DNA from: Squalus acanthias
Taxonomy: Eukaryota
Direction: 5' to 3'
NCBI GenBank assembly: GCA_030390025.1
Contig: CM059431.1
Coordinates: 139,006,001 to 139,070,000 of the forward strand
DNA: 64,000 bases
Part shown: in pieces, positions 1-12,900 of the stretch
Layout: every line of letters begins with the position of its first letter
Numbering within the stretch: the first letter of the stretch is position 1
The notes under the pieces: generated by a model
What the model saw: the letters and a program-made list of their open reading frames with translations, nothing else
Database searches by the model: none
What the model was told of the DNA's origin: nothing
Position numbers and translations under genes: made by a program

Positions 1-862
1 GACAAGTTGAGTGAGTGGGCAAATACATGGCAGATGCAGTATAACGTGGATAAATGTGAAGCTTTCCACTTCAGTAGGAAAAACAGAAAGGCAGAGTATT
101 ATTTAAATAGTGATAGATTGGGAAATGTTGATGTACAAAGGGACCTGGGTGTCCTTGTACACCAGTCACGGAAAGCAAACATGCAGTTGCAGCAAGCAGT
201 TAGGAAGGCAAATGGTATGTTGGCCTTCATTGCAAGAGGATTTGAGTACAGGAGCAAGGATGTCTTACTGCAGTTGTACAGGGCCTTGGTGAGACCACAC
301 CTGGAGTACTGTGTGCAGTTTTTGTATCCTTACCCAAGAAAGGATATACTTGCCATAGAGGGAGTGCAGCGAAGGTTCACCAGACTGATTCCTGGGATTG
401 CAGGACTGTCGTATGAGGAGAGATTGGGTCAACTAGGCCTGTATTCCCAAGAGTTTAGAAGAATGAGAGGGAATCTCATTGAAACGTTTAAAATTCTGAC
501 AGGGCTAGACAGATTGAATGCAGGGAGGATGTTTCCCCTGACTGGGGTGTCTACAACGAGGGGTCACAGTCTCAGGATACAGGGTAGGACATTTAAGACT
601 GAGATGAGGAGAAATTTCTTCACTTAGAGGGTGGTGAACCTGTGGAATTCTCTACCACAGAAGGCTGTGGAGGCCAAGTCACTGCATATATTGAAAGAAG
701 GAGATAGATAGATTTCTAGACACAAAAGGCATCAAGGGGTATGGGGAGAGAGCGGGAATATGCTATTGAGATAGAGGATCAGCCATGATCATATTGAATG
801 GCGGAGCAGGCTCGGAGGGCCAAATTGGCTACTCCTGCTCCTATTTTTCTATGTTTCTATGT
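1..862 (+). mobile_element. CR1 LINE, 3' part of ORF2 and 3' UTR
   Basis: ORF2 C-terminus ([29 protein letters not shown]) and ctatgtttctatgt tail. Confidence 0.92.
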
Positions 863-1121
863 ATCTGAGTCAATGGGACTCTCTCTGACCTTTCTCCTCA
901 GTCCATCTCCAGGACCAGTGTGTATCTGAGTCAATGGGACTCTCTCTGACCTTTCTCCTCAGTCCATCTCCAGGACCAGTGTGTATCTGAGTCAATGGGA
1001 CTCTCTCTGACCTTTCTCCTCGGTCCATCTCCAGGACCAGCGTGTATCTGAGTCAATGGGACTCTCTCTGACCTTTCTCCCCAGTCCATCTCCAGGACCA
1101 GCGTGTATCTGAGTCAATGGG
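859..1121. repeat. 61-bp tandem repeat, about 4.3 copies
   Basis: gtatctgagtcaatggg recurs at 861, 922, 983, 1044 and 1105. Confidence 0.95.
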
Positions 1122-1315
1122 TCTACCTCCCTCTCCCTTTATGACAGAGGCGGGCTGTGTTTGGCTGTGCGGGGCAGGGCAGGAAGGTTTCTAGCGATAA
1201 GTGAGGCATCTTAATCAGAATATTCAACAATCAGAACCAGCATTAACTGTGGCTCAGTGCAGGAACACTCGGACTGAACTGTCCCCGTGTTGGAGAGCGA
1301 GAGACAAGAGGATCA

Positions 1316-4250
1316 CATACATCGGATTACATCGGATATACAGGCGCAGTAACGGGCCATTCGGCCCAAACAGGCTATGCCGTCTTTAATGCTCCTCTCG
1401 AGCCCCCTCCCGCCTTTCCTCATCGAAATCGATCAGCATAATCCTCTATTCCCTTCTCCCTCATATGCTTGTCTAGCCTCCCCTTAAATGCATCTATACT
1501 TTTCACTTCAACCACTCCCTGTGGCAGCGAGTTCCACATTCTCGCCACTCTTTGGGTAAAGAAGTTTTTTCTTAATTCCATGTTGGATTGCTTGGTGACT
1601 ATCTTATATTGATGGCCTTTAGTTATGATCCTCCCAAAAGAGTGGATACAGAGAGAATGTTTCCACTTTCAAAAGCTTTCATAATTTTAAATACCTCTAT
1701 TGGGTCACCCCTCAGCCTTTTTTCAAGGAAAATGAGACCCTGTTCATCCTTTCCTGATATGTATACCCTCGCAATGCTGGTATCATCCTTGTAAATCATC
1801 TCTGCACCCTCTCCAGTGCCTCTATATCCGTTTTATAACCTGGCGACCAGAACTGTACGCAGTACTGCAAGTGTGGTCTAACCAAGCTTCGATACAGGTT
1901 TAGCATAACTTCCTTACTTTTTAATTCTATACCTCTAGAAATAAAAAAAAACAAACCAAGAACTAGGGTTTAAGGCCTTGCTAACCAGTGTCGCAACTTC
2001 TAGTGATTTGTACTCCTAGATCCCTTTGTTCCTCTACCCTCCAAGTGATGTGACCTCACTATTCTTCCTACCAAAATGTAATACCTCCCATTTATCGGTG
2101 TTGAACTTCATTTGCCAATTATATGCCCATTCAGCAAGTTTATTAATGTCCTCCTGTATCTTGTTGCAGTCCTCCTCAGTAATGACCAACACCCCCCGCC
2201 CCGCCCAATTTGGCATCAACTGCAAATTTAGAAATTGTGCTTTTGATTCCCAAGTCTAAATCGTTAATGTAAATTGTGAACAGCATTAGTCCCAGCACTG
2301 ATCCTTGTAGAACACCACTACCCACCTTCTGCCACTGTGAATAGCTACCCTTTACTCCTACTCTCTGCTTTCTGTCCTGAAGCCAGCCAGCAATCCATTC
2401 TGTTACTTGTCCCCTGACTCCGCATTCGCTGACCTTGTTCATCAGTCTATTATGGGTACATTATCGAAGGCCTTTTGAAATTCCAGATAAATTACATCTA
2501 CTGCATTTCCATTGTCTACTCTCTCGGTTACCTCTCCAAAAAATTCAATAAGGTTGGTCAAGCAAGACTTTCCCTTTTGAAATCCATGTTGTATATTCAT
2601 TATTATTTTTGGTTTCTAGATGTTCTATTTTCTCCTTTAGTAGGGATTCCATTATTTTTCCTACCACCAATGTTAAGCTGACTGGTCTATAATTCTCTGG
2701 ACATGTTCTATCCCCCTTCTTAAATAACGGTATTATGTTAGCTATCCGCCAGTCCTCTGGCTCTATACCTTTTTCTAACGAGTTATTAAATATGTGTAAT
2801 AATGCCTCTGCTATCTCTTCCCTAGGATTCTTTCAAAATGCGTGGATGCAATCCATCCAGACCAGGGGTTTTATCCTCTTTGAGTTTGATTAATTTATTT
2901 AATATATCACATTTATTATTTTAAATTCACTCCTATCATTTCTAATCTCATCATCCAATGTCATGTCCAAATGTTCTATCTCCCTGGTAAATACTGAAGT
3001 AAAATAATTTAATATTTCTGCCATCTCTCTATCGTTACCTGTGGTATTGTCCTGACTATCCCATAATGGCCGTATTCCCATCCCAACCTTCAATTTTTTA
3101 TTGATGTGCCTATAAAATATTTTACTGTTTGGTCCCTGATAATTTAATTTCATAGTTCCTATTTGCCTCCCGAATTGATTTTTGACTTCTCTCCTAATCT
3201 TTTCGTATTCTCTCTTATCATGCACTCCCCTGCTGTCTATGTACTTAATGTATGCCTCTTTCCTTACCCTCAATTTTGCCCTTATGGCTTTATTCATCCA
3301 CAGAGTCTCATTATTGTTTAGTTTGTTCTTTCCTTTTAGTGGAATATATTTTTCCTGCACTCTGTTGAATACCATTTCAAATGTTTCCCATTAATGTTTC
3401 CAATTGCTATTCTGCATCATTGCTTGAAAATATTGTTGCCCATTTTTGTTTCCCAAGTTCTACTCTCAGCCCCTCAAAATCAACTTTTCCCCAATCTATT
3501 AACCTGGTTTTCATCATACTTGTGTCCTTCTCAATTATCATCTTAAAGTGTATTATATTATGGTCACTATTGCCTATATGTTCCCCTACCTTTACTTCTC
3601 TTATCTGCTCTGGTTCATTCCCCATTACTAGATCCAATATCGAATCCTCCCTGGTTGGGCTTTTTACATATTGGGTTAGAAAAGAGTCCTGTACACATTG
3701 TAGGAACTCCATTCCCTTATCCCCTTTACCTACCTCTTGTGTCCAATTAATATCAGGGTAGTTGAAATCCCCCATGATTATTATTCGATGCTTTTTACTC
3801 ATTTCCCTAATTTGTTTGCATATTTCTTCCTCCACCTCCCTTCCACTATTAGGTGGTCTGTAGACTACGCCTATTAGTGTGATTGATCCTTTATTATCTT
3901 TTATCTCTATCCATATGGATTCTATTTTGTCTTGCTGATATCTGCGCCACTTTTATCTACTGCCATTATGTTATCCCTAATAAGTACAGATACTCCACCC
4001 CCCCCCCCCTTTATCCCTCTCTATCTTTTCTAAATATGTTATATCCTGCAATGTTTAATTCCCAGTCCTGATTTTTCTGTAGCCATGTCTCAGTAATCAC
4101 GATTATGTTTGGTTCCTCACGACGTATGATTGCCTCCAGCTCCCCTGTCTTATTACAGACACTGTGAGCACTGCTGTACAGACAGTTTAACTCATTTTTA
4201 ATAGGATTTCCTCTCACTTTATGTTTAACCATCTTACTAAAGTAAACTGA
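1316..4250 (-). mobile_element. Degenerate CR1 LINE (APE endonuclease and RT fragments)
   Basis: Minus-strand ORF fragments with ITETWL, IMGDFNYPDINW, ILDLVM...SDHN, GVLQGSVLG and SKFAVDAKLGG. Confidence 0.92.
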
Positions 4251-4857
4251 GTCTCTCATCATAGCTCAGCCCCTTCATCTCAGCTCTCACCCTGAACAAT
4301 TCCAGCCGGACTCCCTCCAGAGCCAATCTGTCCTTCCTGGGACAGGCGTCCCAAGCTCAACACACCGAGTTCCAGCTCACTGACCAACTGCAGTGACCTC
4401 AAGTGTTGTTTAGAGCTGGAATCCAAGGTTTAGTGATTTCTGTATCTAGAGTGAACTCCGTGTGACCCTCTCCCAGTCATTCCCTATTCACGCTGTATTC
4501 CAGTCTGTAACCCTTCAATCCAGAGTGTATTGTCCCACATTGTGTTACATTAAACTACTTCCACAATCCCACCGCTGTCTGCCTGACCAGCCTAGGATTG
4601 GCGGACACTGTGGAGCCCGTGTTCCTGGTCACTCTCGCTCGACCCCTCTGAACAATGAGAGGGATGGTGGGGAACGGGAGCAGGTTGAGCCGAGGGTCCC
4701 AGTGTTGAACAGACCGCCCTCGGTCACTGTCCGAGCGGACACAGAGAATGGCGATAGCTGCCCGGGAATGGATTGGCCACAGCGGCCCGTGGAACAGGAT
4801 CTCCCCGGGAGAGCCCGGCTTTAAACGGGTAGAGTAAAGAATCAATGCCGAGTGAGA

Positions 4858-5782
4858 CAGAGGGGGTGGTTCAGTCTGGGAGAGGGGGAGGGTTCAGTCT
4901 GAGAGAGGGGGCGGTTCAGTCTGAGAGAGGGGACGGTTCAGTCTGAGAGGGGGACGGTTCAGTCTGAGAGAGGGGACGGTTCAGTCTGAGAGAGGGGTCG
5001 GTTCAGTCTGAGAGACGGGGCGGTTCAGTCTGAGAGAGGGGGCGGTTCAGTCTGAGAGAGGGGTCGGTTCAGTCTGAGAGAGGGGACGGTTCAGACTGAG
5101 AGAGGGGGGGTTCAGTCTGAGAGAGGGGGTTCAGTCTGAGAGAGGGGGCGGTTCAGTCTGAGAGAGGGGACGGTTCAGTCTGAGAGAGGGGTCGGTTCAG
5201 TCTGAGAGACGGGGCGGTTCAGTCTGAGAGAGGGGGCGGTTCAGTCTGAGAGAGGGGGCGGTTCAGTCTGAGAGAGGGGGCGGTTCAGTCTGAGAGAGGG
5301 GGTGGTTCAGTCTGAGAGAGGGGACGGTTCAGTCTGAGAGAGGGGACGGTTCAGTCTGAGAGAGGGGTGGTTCAGTCTGAGAGAGGGGGGGTTCAGTCTA
5401 AGAGAGGGGACGGTTCAGTCTGAGAGAGGGGATGGTTCAGTCTGAGAGGGGGCGGTTCAGTCTGAGAGAGGGGATGGTTCAGTCTAAGAGAGGGGACGGT
5501 TCAGACTGAGACAGAGGGTGGTTCAGTCTGAGAGAGGGGACGGTTCAGACTGAGACAGAGGGTGGTTCAGTCTGAGAGAGGGGACGGTTCAGACTGAGAG
5601 AGGGGGGGTTCAGTCTGAGAGAGGGGGTTCAGTCTGAGAGAGGGGGCGGTTCAGTCTGAGAGAGGGGGGGTTCAGTCTGAGAGAGGGGTTTCAGTCTGAG
5701 AGAGGGGGTTCAGTCTGAGAGAGGGGGCGGTTCAGTCTGAGAGAGGGGGGGTTCAGTCTGAGAGCGGGGGCGGTTCAGACTG
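4858..5782. repeat. 21-22-bp minisatellite (GGTTCAGTCTGAGAGAGGGG[G/A]C), roughly 40 copies
   Basis: Directly visible array. Confidence 0.97.
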
Positions 5783-6019
5783 ACGGATTCACCAGTGCTG
5801 TGAGATAAGACTCACTGTTAATACTGCAGGAGTGGGACCAGTACCAGCACTAACAGAGTGAGGGAATCACCAGTGCTGTGAGATAAGACTCACTGTTAAT
5901 ACTGCAGGAGTGGGTCCAGTACCAGCACTGACAGAGTGAGGGATTCACCAGTGCTGTGAGATAAGACTCACTGTTAATACTGCAGGAGAGGGACCAGTAC
6001 CAGCACTGACAGAGTGAGG
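5783..6019. repeat. 78-bp tandem repeat, 3 copies
   Basis: caccagtgctgtgagataagactc at 5790, 5868 and 5946. Confidence 0.95.
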
Positions 6020-6029
6020 TATTCCTTAA

Positions 6030-6522
6030 GAGTGAGTCTGGCGCAGGCGCACTGGGAGTGGCTCCGACCCTCAGGAACGGCAACCGCTGTGGGAGAGGCT
6101 ATGACGTCATCCGCGCGCTCCCGCGCTCGCGCTGAGGCGGTTGAACGGCCGCGCGGGAGGACATGTCAGGAGACACGTGACTCCGGCCCGACAGCGGCCC
6201 TTCAGCACAGTGGGCGTGGCCCTGTGGCGGTCCGGGCTCCCATTGGTTGTATGCGGCAGTCAATCTATGAGTCGCACCCAATAGAAGAGACGAGCTCAGT
6301 GATCGACGTTATTTATTGCTCTTGTGGACACTGTGGCCGCAGTGCGTATGCTCGGTACTGACCCCACCCCAGTCTAGACCCGGAGGAAGTAAAATTCCTT
6401 GAGGAAGAAACGGTCCCGGAGATAAAATGGCCGAGTTACCGGGGAGCGGCTGGGAACCGGACTGAGGAGCGGCGGATGGAGCCGGATCAGAGACTGGGCG
6501 GGCGGCGATGGTGCGGGTGAGT
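6030..6522 (+). promoter_or_regulatory. CpG-rich Pol II promoter with candidate first exon ending at 6516
   Basis: High CpG density; NRF1-like GCGCAGGCGC 6041-6050, CRE TGACGTCA 6102-6109, E-box CACGTG 6174-6179, CCAAT boxes at 6242 and 6278, ETS GGAAGT 6385-6390, YY1-like AAAATGGCCG 6424-6433, donor CGG|GTGAGT at 6517. Confidence 0.7.
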
Positions 6523-7139
6523 TTGGGGATCAGAGAATCAGAGACGTTTACAGCACAGAAGGAATCTTGTCCCCGCCGGCCGACAGAGAGCGATCCTCCC
6601 CAGGCCCACTTTCCAGCTCCTTCAGAACATCAGAAACAGGAGCAGGAGTGGGTGACCCGGCCCCGAGCCTGCTTCACCATTCAATCAGATCAAACAATCC
6701 ATCTCTCTCACAACATCAGGAGCAGGAGTGGGTGACCCGGCCCCGAGCCTGCTCCACCATTCAATCAGATCCTGGCTGATCATTGCCCTCACTCCCCTCC
6801 CCCTCCCCCCCCCCCCCCCCCCCCCCCCCCCCGCCTCTGCCCCCTCCTGTTTCATTTTTTGTCCACCCCAGTCCAACACCGGCATCTCCGCATCATGTTT
6901 CATTCGTCACAGACACACACATTACCGAAGTAGAACAACACCGGTCAAAGCAAGCAGGGAATGTGCTTCCAAAATCAACGTCCGATAAACAGCGACCATC
7001 AGATTCCCAGTGTATTCTGAAATGGTAAGAACCCAAAACAAGTAAAACACAGAATATAGTCTGAAATGGGAATGAGTAATATTAGAAATAAAAGCTGAAA
7101 ATGCTGGAAACACTCCGCGGGTGAAATTAGGAGAGCAAA

Positions 7140-9007
7140 GAGGGGGCATGAAAAAACACTAGCGGGCAAAATAAAGGAAAATCCCAAGGTGTTTTATAAG
7201 TATATTAAGGGCAAGAGGATAACCAGGGAAAGAGTAGGGCCCGTTAGGGACCAAAGTGGCAATCTGTGTGTAGAGCTGGAAGATGTAGGTGAGGTTTTAA
7301 ATGAATATTTTGCATCTGTGTTCACTATGGAGAAGGACGATGTACGCATAGAAATCAGGCAGGGTTTTGTGATCTACTTGAACAAATTAGCATTGAGAGG
7401 GAGGAGGTATTAGCGGTTTTAGCGGGCTTAAAAGTGGATAAATCCCCAGGACCAGACGAGATGTATCCCAGGCTGTTGTGTGAGGCAAGGGAGGAGATTG
7501 CAGGGGCTCTGACACAAATTTTCAGATCCTCTCTGGCCACAGGGGAGGTGCCTGAGGAGTGGAGGACAGCTAACGTAATACCATTATTCAAGAAGGGTAG
7601 TAGGGATAAATCTCGGAATTACAGGCCAGTGAGCCTATCAGTGGTAGGGAAATTATTGGAAAAAATTCTGAGGGACAGAATTAGTCTCTACTTGGAGAGG
7701 CAAGGATTAATCAAGGATAGTCAGCATAGCTTTGTCAGGGGGAGATCATGTCTAACCAATTTGATTGAATTTTTCGAGGAGGTGACTAGGTGTGTGGATG
7801 AGGGTAGTGCAGTTGATGTAGTCTACATGGACTTCAGTAAGGCTTTTGACGAAGTCCCGCATGGGAGACTGGTCAAGAAGGTAAGAGTCCATGGGATCCA
7901 GGGCAATTTGGCACATTGGATCCAAAATTGGCTTAGTGGCAGGAGGCAGAGGGTGATGGTCGAAGGTTGTTTTTGTGACTGGAAGCCTGTGTCCAGTGGT
8001 GTACCGCAGCGATCGGTGCTGGGTCCCTTGCTGTTTGTAGTGTACATTTAATGATTCAGATATGAATGTAGGAGGTATGATCAGTAAGTTCGCAGATGAC
8101 ACGAAAATTGGTGGAGTGGTAAATAGCGAGGAGGGAAGCCTCAGGCTACAGGACGATATAGACAGGTTGGTCAGATGGGCAGAACAGTGGCAAATGGAAT
8201 TTAACCCTGAAAAGTGTGAGGTGATGCATTTTAGGAGGACTAACAAGGCAAGGGAATACACAATGAATGGTAGGACCCTAGGAAGGACAGAGGATCAAAG
8301 GGGCCTTGATGTGCATGTACAAAGATCCCTGAAGGCAGCAGGACAGGCAGATATGGTGGTTAAGAAGGCATATGGGATACTTGCCTTCATTAGCCGAGGC
8401 ATAGAATATAAGAGCAGGGAGGTTATGATGGAGCTGTACAAAACGCTAGTTAGGCCACAGCTGGAATACTGTGTGCAGTTCTGGTCGCCACACTATAGGA
8501 GGGATGTGATTGCATTGGAGAGGGTGCAGAGGAGATTCACCAGGACGTTACCTGGGCTGGAGCGTTTCAGCTATGAAGAGAGACTGGACAGGCTGGGGTT
8601 GTTTTCCTTGGAGCAGAGAAGGATGAGGTGGGACCTGATTGAGCTGTACAAAATTATGAGGGGCATAGATAGGGTAGATAGAAATGAACTTTTCCCCTTA
8701 GTAGAGGGGTCAATAACCAGGGGGCATAGTTTCAAGGTAAGGGGCAGGAGGTTTAGAGGGGATTTGAGGAAAAGCTTTTTCACCCAGAGGGTAGTTGGAA
8801 TCTGGAACTCACTGCCTGAAAGGGTGTTAGAGGCAGGAACCCTCACAACATTCAAGAAGCATTTAGATGAGCACTTGAAACATCATAGCATACAAGGCTA
8901 TGGACCAAGTGCTGGAAAATGGGATTAGAATAGACAGGGCTTGATGGCCGGTGCAGACACGATGGCCCGAAGGGCCTATTTCTGTGCTGTATAACTCTAT
9001 GACTATG
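7140..9007 (+). mobile_element. 5'-truncated CR1 LINE, frameshifted RT
   Basis: ORFs 7434..8051 and 8062..8928 ([28 protein letters not shown]); ctctatgactatg tail. Confidence 0.95.
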
Positions 9008-9359
9008 TTTCCTCCCTTGTACAATGTCCGTGAGACTGTTCAGACTGCAATAAATTCCTGTTCCCACTCTGCCCCCTGCCTCCCCTCTCTTTCCTCTGCC
9101 TCTACCCCGCCGCACTGACCTAACCTCTGTTCCCACTCTGCCCCCTGCCTCCCCCTCTCTTTCCTCTGCCTCTACCCTCGCCACACTGACCCGCGCCTGT
9201 GCCCGCTGGACGTCCAACCCCTCGGCCTGTGAGTGTGACCAGTCTTTCCATTGTAAGTTTCCTAGACCGTGCACCCTGCTGTTGTGTGGAGATACATGAA
9301 AAGCATCAACCAGCTGCGTCAGTGGGAGGGATTCTCCTGGGTGAGCAGCACCTGTGGGA

Positions 9360-10035
9360 CAGGTAGAAAGGTAACATTAGCCATTGTCTTCGGTCCCCGC
9401 CACGAGCTGTGTTTCCGAGGCATCGACTCCATCCCTCTCCCTGCCCACTGTCTGAGGCTGAATCAGAGCATCCGTAATCTTGCTGTTGTATTTGACCGTA
9501 CGATGAGCTTCTGAACACATATCCATTCCATAGCCAACACCGTCTACTTCCAGCTCCATAACAGCGCCAGACTCTGCCCCTGCCTCAGCTCTAGACTTGA
9601 CTGTTCCAAGGCTCTCCTGGCCGGCCACCCTTTTCCACTCTCCATAAACTTTAACTCATCCAAAACTCTGCTCCGCGTGTTCTAACTCACAACAAGTCCC
9701 GTTCACCCATTATCCCTGTGCTCGCTGACCTATATTGGCTCCGGGTCTGGTGTTGCATTGATTTTATAATTCTCATCCTTGTTTTCAAACCCCTCCATGG
9801 CCTTGCCCCTCCCTGTGTCTGTAATTTCTTCCAGTCCTACATCCCTCTGAAATCCCTGTGCTGCTCCAATTCTGACCTGTGGCACATCTCCGATTTCCTT
9901 CTCTCCACCATTGGTGGCCGTGTCTTTAGCTGCGGAGGCCCTAAGCTCTGGAATTCCCTCTTTAAACATCTCTACCTCTCTCTGCTCCTTTAAGACGCTC
10001 CTTAAAACCTACTTCTTTGATCAAATGTTTGGTCA
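9360..10035 (+). mobile_element. L2-type LINE 3' fragment, degenerate
   Basis: RNLAVVFD, LADLYWLRV, KLWNSL and FKTLLKTY resemble the L2 ORF2 C-terminus. Confidence 0.7.
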
Positions 10036-10049
10036 CATAAAAGCTACTT

Positions 10050-10485
10050 ATGGCTGGGTCAGTGGGGTGCACGGCTGGGCCAGTGGGGGTCGCGTGCCTG
10101 CGCCAGTGGGGTGCGGGGCTGGGCCAGTGGGGGGTCGCGGGGCCGCGTCGGTGGGGGTCGCCGGGGAGCGTCGGTGGGGGTCGCCGGGGGCCGGGGGCCG
10201 GGCCTGGGTCAGTGGGTGTCGCCGGGAGCCGGGCCTGGGTCAGTGGGGGTCGCCGGGGGCCGGGCCTGGGTCAGTGGGGGTCGCCGGGGGCCGAGCCTGG
10301 GTCAGTGGGGTGCGGGGGGCTGGGCCAGTGGGGTGCGGGCCTGGGACAGTGGGGTGCGCGGCTGAGTCAGTGGGGGTCACGGGCCTGGGACAGTGGGGTG
10401 CGGGGGGCTGTGTCAGTGTTGGTGTCGGAGCTGGGACAGTGGGGTGCGGGGCTGGGCCAGTTTGGTGAATGGCAGTGCCAGTGGT
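10050..10485. repeat. G-rich degenerate minisatellite A (gggcctgggtcagtggggg-type)
   Basis: Visible imperfect array at the left edge of the duplication. Confidence 0.9.
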
Positions 10486-10847
10486 GTATGTAGCTGCGAC
10501 TGCGGGGTGAGAAATAGCTTCAAAGCCCTGCTCACTCACTCATCCCTGTGCTTGTGAACCTACATTGGCTCCCGGTTCCCCGAGCGTCTCCAATTTAAAA
10601 GTCCCATCGTTGTTTAAATCCCTTCCTGTCTCTAAGCTCCTCCAGCCCTACAATCCCCCACCACCAAGATCTCTCTCTTCCTCCGACTCTGGCCTCTTGT
10701 GGCATTTCACCCTCTCCTCCCCCCATCTATGGAGGCTGTGCCTTCGGCTGTCCCGGCTCAATGCTCATCAATTCCCCACCTAAACCTCTCCAGCTCCCTC
10801 CTCCTTTAGAACCCTCCGAAACTCACTGCTGTGACCAACATTCTGAC

Positions 10848-12900
10848 CATAGAAACATAGAAGATAGGAGCAGGAGTAGGCCATTTGGCCCCTCTAGCCT
10901 GCTCTGCCATTCAATGCGATCATGGCTGATCATCCAAACTCAGTACCCTGTACCTGCTTTCTCCCCATATCCCTTGATCCCTTGATCCCTTTAGCCTTAA
11001 GAAATATATCATAGAATCACAGAATCCCCACAGTGCTGATAGAGGCCATTTCGGCCCATCGAGCCCATATCCCACCCTATCCCCGTAACCCCACGTATTT
11101 ATTCCCCCCCCTAACACTAAGGGTCAATTTATCATAGCCAAATGAACCTAACCTGCACATCTTTGGACTGTGGGAGAAAACCGTAGCACCCAGAGGAAAC
11201 CCACGCAGACACGGGGAGAACGTGCAAACTCCACACAGTCACCCGAGGCCGGATTCGAACCCGAGTCCCTGGCTCTGTGAGGCAACAGTGCTAACCACTA
11301 TGCCACCGTGTTGCCCCTCCTTGAATATATTTAATGAATTGTCCTCTACTGCCTTCTGTGGTATAGAATTCCAAAGGTTCACCACTCTCTGGGTGAAGAA
11401 ATTCCTCCTCATTTCTGTCCTGAATGGCTTACCCCTTATCCTTAGACTGTGACCCCTGGTTCTGGACTCCCCCGCCATCGTGAACATCCTTCCTGCATCT
11501 AGTTTGTCCAGTCCTTTCAGAATTTTACAAGTTTCAATGAGATCACCTCTCATTCTTCTAAACTCCAGCGAGTATAAGCCCAATCGACCCAATCTCTCCT
11601 CATACGTCATTCCTGCCATCCCAGGTATCAGCCTGGTGAATCTTCGCTGCACTCCCTCCATGGCAAGAACCTCCTTCCTCAGATAAGGCGACCAAAACTG
11701 CACACAATACTCAAGATGTGGTCTCACCAAGGCCCTGTACAACTGCAGCAAGACATCCTTGTTCCTGTACTCAAACCCTCTCGCTACGAAGGCCAACATA
11801 CCACTTGCCTTCTTAACCGCCTGCTGCACCTGCATGCTTACCTTCAGTGACTGGTGCACAAGGACACCCAGGTCTCGTTGCACTTCCCCATTCTCCCAGT
11901 CTATTGCCATTCAGATAATAATCTGCCTTCCTGTTTTTGACACCAAAGTGGATAACCTTGCATTTATCCACGTTATATTGCATCTGCCATGCTTCTGCCC
12001 AATCACCCAACCTGTCCAAATCATCCTGGAGTTTCTTGGCATCCTCCTCACAGCACACACTCCCACCCAGCTTTGTGTCGTCTGCAAACTTGGAGATATT
12101 ACATCTAGTTCCCTTGTCTAGATCCTGAATATATATTGTGAATAGCTGGGGTACAAGGACCGATCCCTGCGGTACCCCACTAGTCACTGCCTGCCACTCG
12201 GAAAATGACCCGTTTATTCCAACTCTTTGCTTCCTGTCTGCCAACCAGTTCTCTATCCAAGTCAATACCTTGCCCCCAATCCCATGTGCCTTAACTTTAC
12301 ACGCTAATCTCTTATGCGGGACCTTATCGAAAGCCTTTTGAAAGTCCAAATACACCACATCCACTGGTTCTCCCTTATCTATTCTACCAGTTACATCCTC
12401 AAAAAATTTCAGTAGATTAGTCAAGCACGATTTACCTTTTGTAAATCCATGTTGACTTTGTCCGATCCTGTCACTGTTTTCCAAGTGCTCTGCTATTCCA
12501 TCTTTTATAATGGACTCTAGCATTTTCCCCACTACCGATGTCGGGCTTACCGGTCTGTAATTCCCCGTTTTCTCTCTGCCACCTTTTTTGAATAGTGGGG
12601 TAACATTAGCTACCCTCCAATCCATGGGAACTGTTCCAGAGTCTATAGAATGTTGGAAGATGATCAGCAATGCATCTACTATTTCTAGGGCCACTTCCTT
12701 AAGTACCCTAGGATGTAGATTATCAGGCCCTGGGGATTTATCGGCCTTCATTCCCGCCAATTTCCCTAACACCATTTCCCTACAAATACTGATTTCTTTC
12801 AGTTCCTCCCTCTCATTAGATCCTATGTTCCCTGACATCTCTGGGAGGTTATTTGTGTCCTCCTTTGTGAAGACAGAACCAAAATATGTATTTAATTGGT
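10848..12900 (-). mobile_element. 5'-truncated CR1 LINE with nested SINE (copy 1)
   Basis: ORFs 11813..12940 and 11239..11910 form a frameshifted RT; catagaaacatag tail at 10848. Confidence 0.95.
11009..11316 (-). mobile_element. tRNA-derived V-SINE (HE1-like), copy 1
   Basis: Minus-strand A box tggcatagtgg, B box ggttcgaatcc, V-domain-like tgtggagtttgcacgttctccccgtgtctgcgtgggtttcc and CR1-type tail gattctatga. Confidence 0.9.

Noticed and set aside
4262..4850. Exon(s) of a divergently transcribed minus-strand gene
   Set aside because: Only weak donor-like motifs and no recognisable protein; cannot be supported from the sequence alone
4858..6019. CRISPR-like appearance of regular repeats (also 859-1121, 49238-49483 and 57466-58112)
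   Set aside because: Head-to-tail units without unique spacers, no cas genes, and a eukaryotic context
6508..6516. MVR start exon of a housekeeping gene
   Set aside because: No compatible downstream coding exon found; joining to 6913 gives a stop after six codons
11240..11316. tRNA gene (also ~15335-15420)
   Set aside because: The A and B boxes are SINE heads followed by SINE body and LINE-derived tail; no convincing cloverleaf
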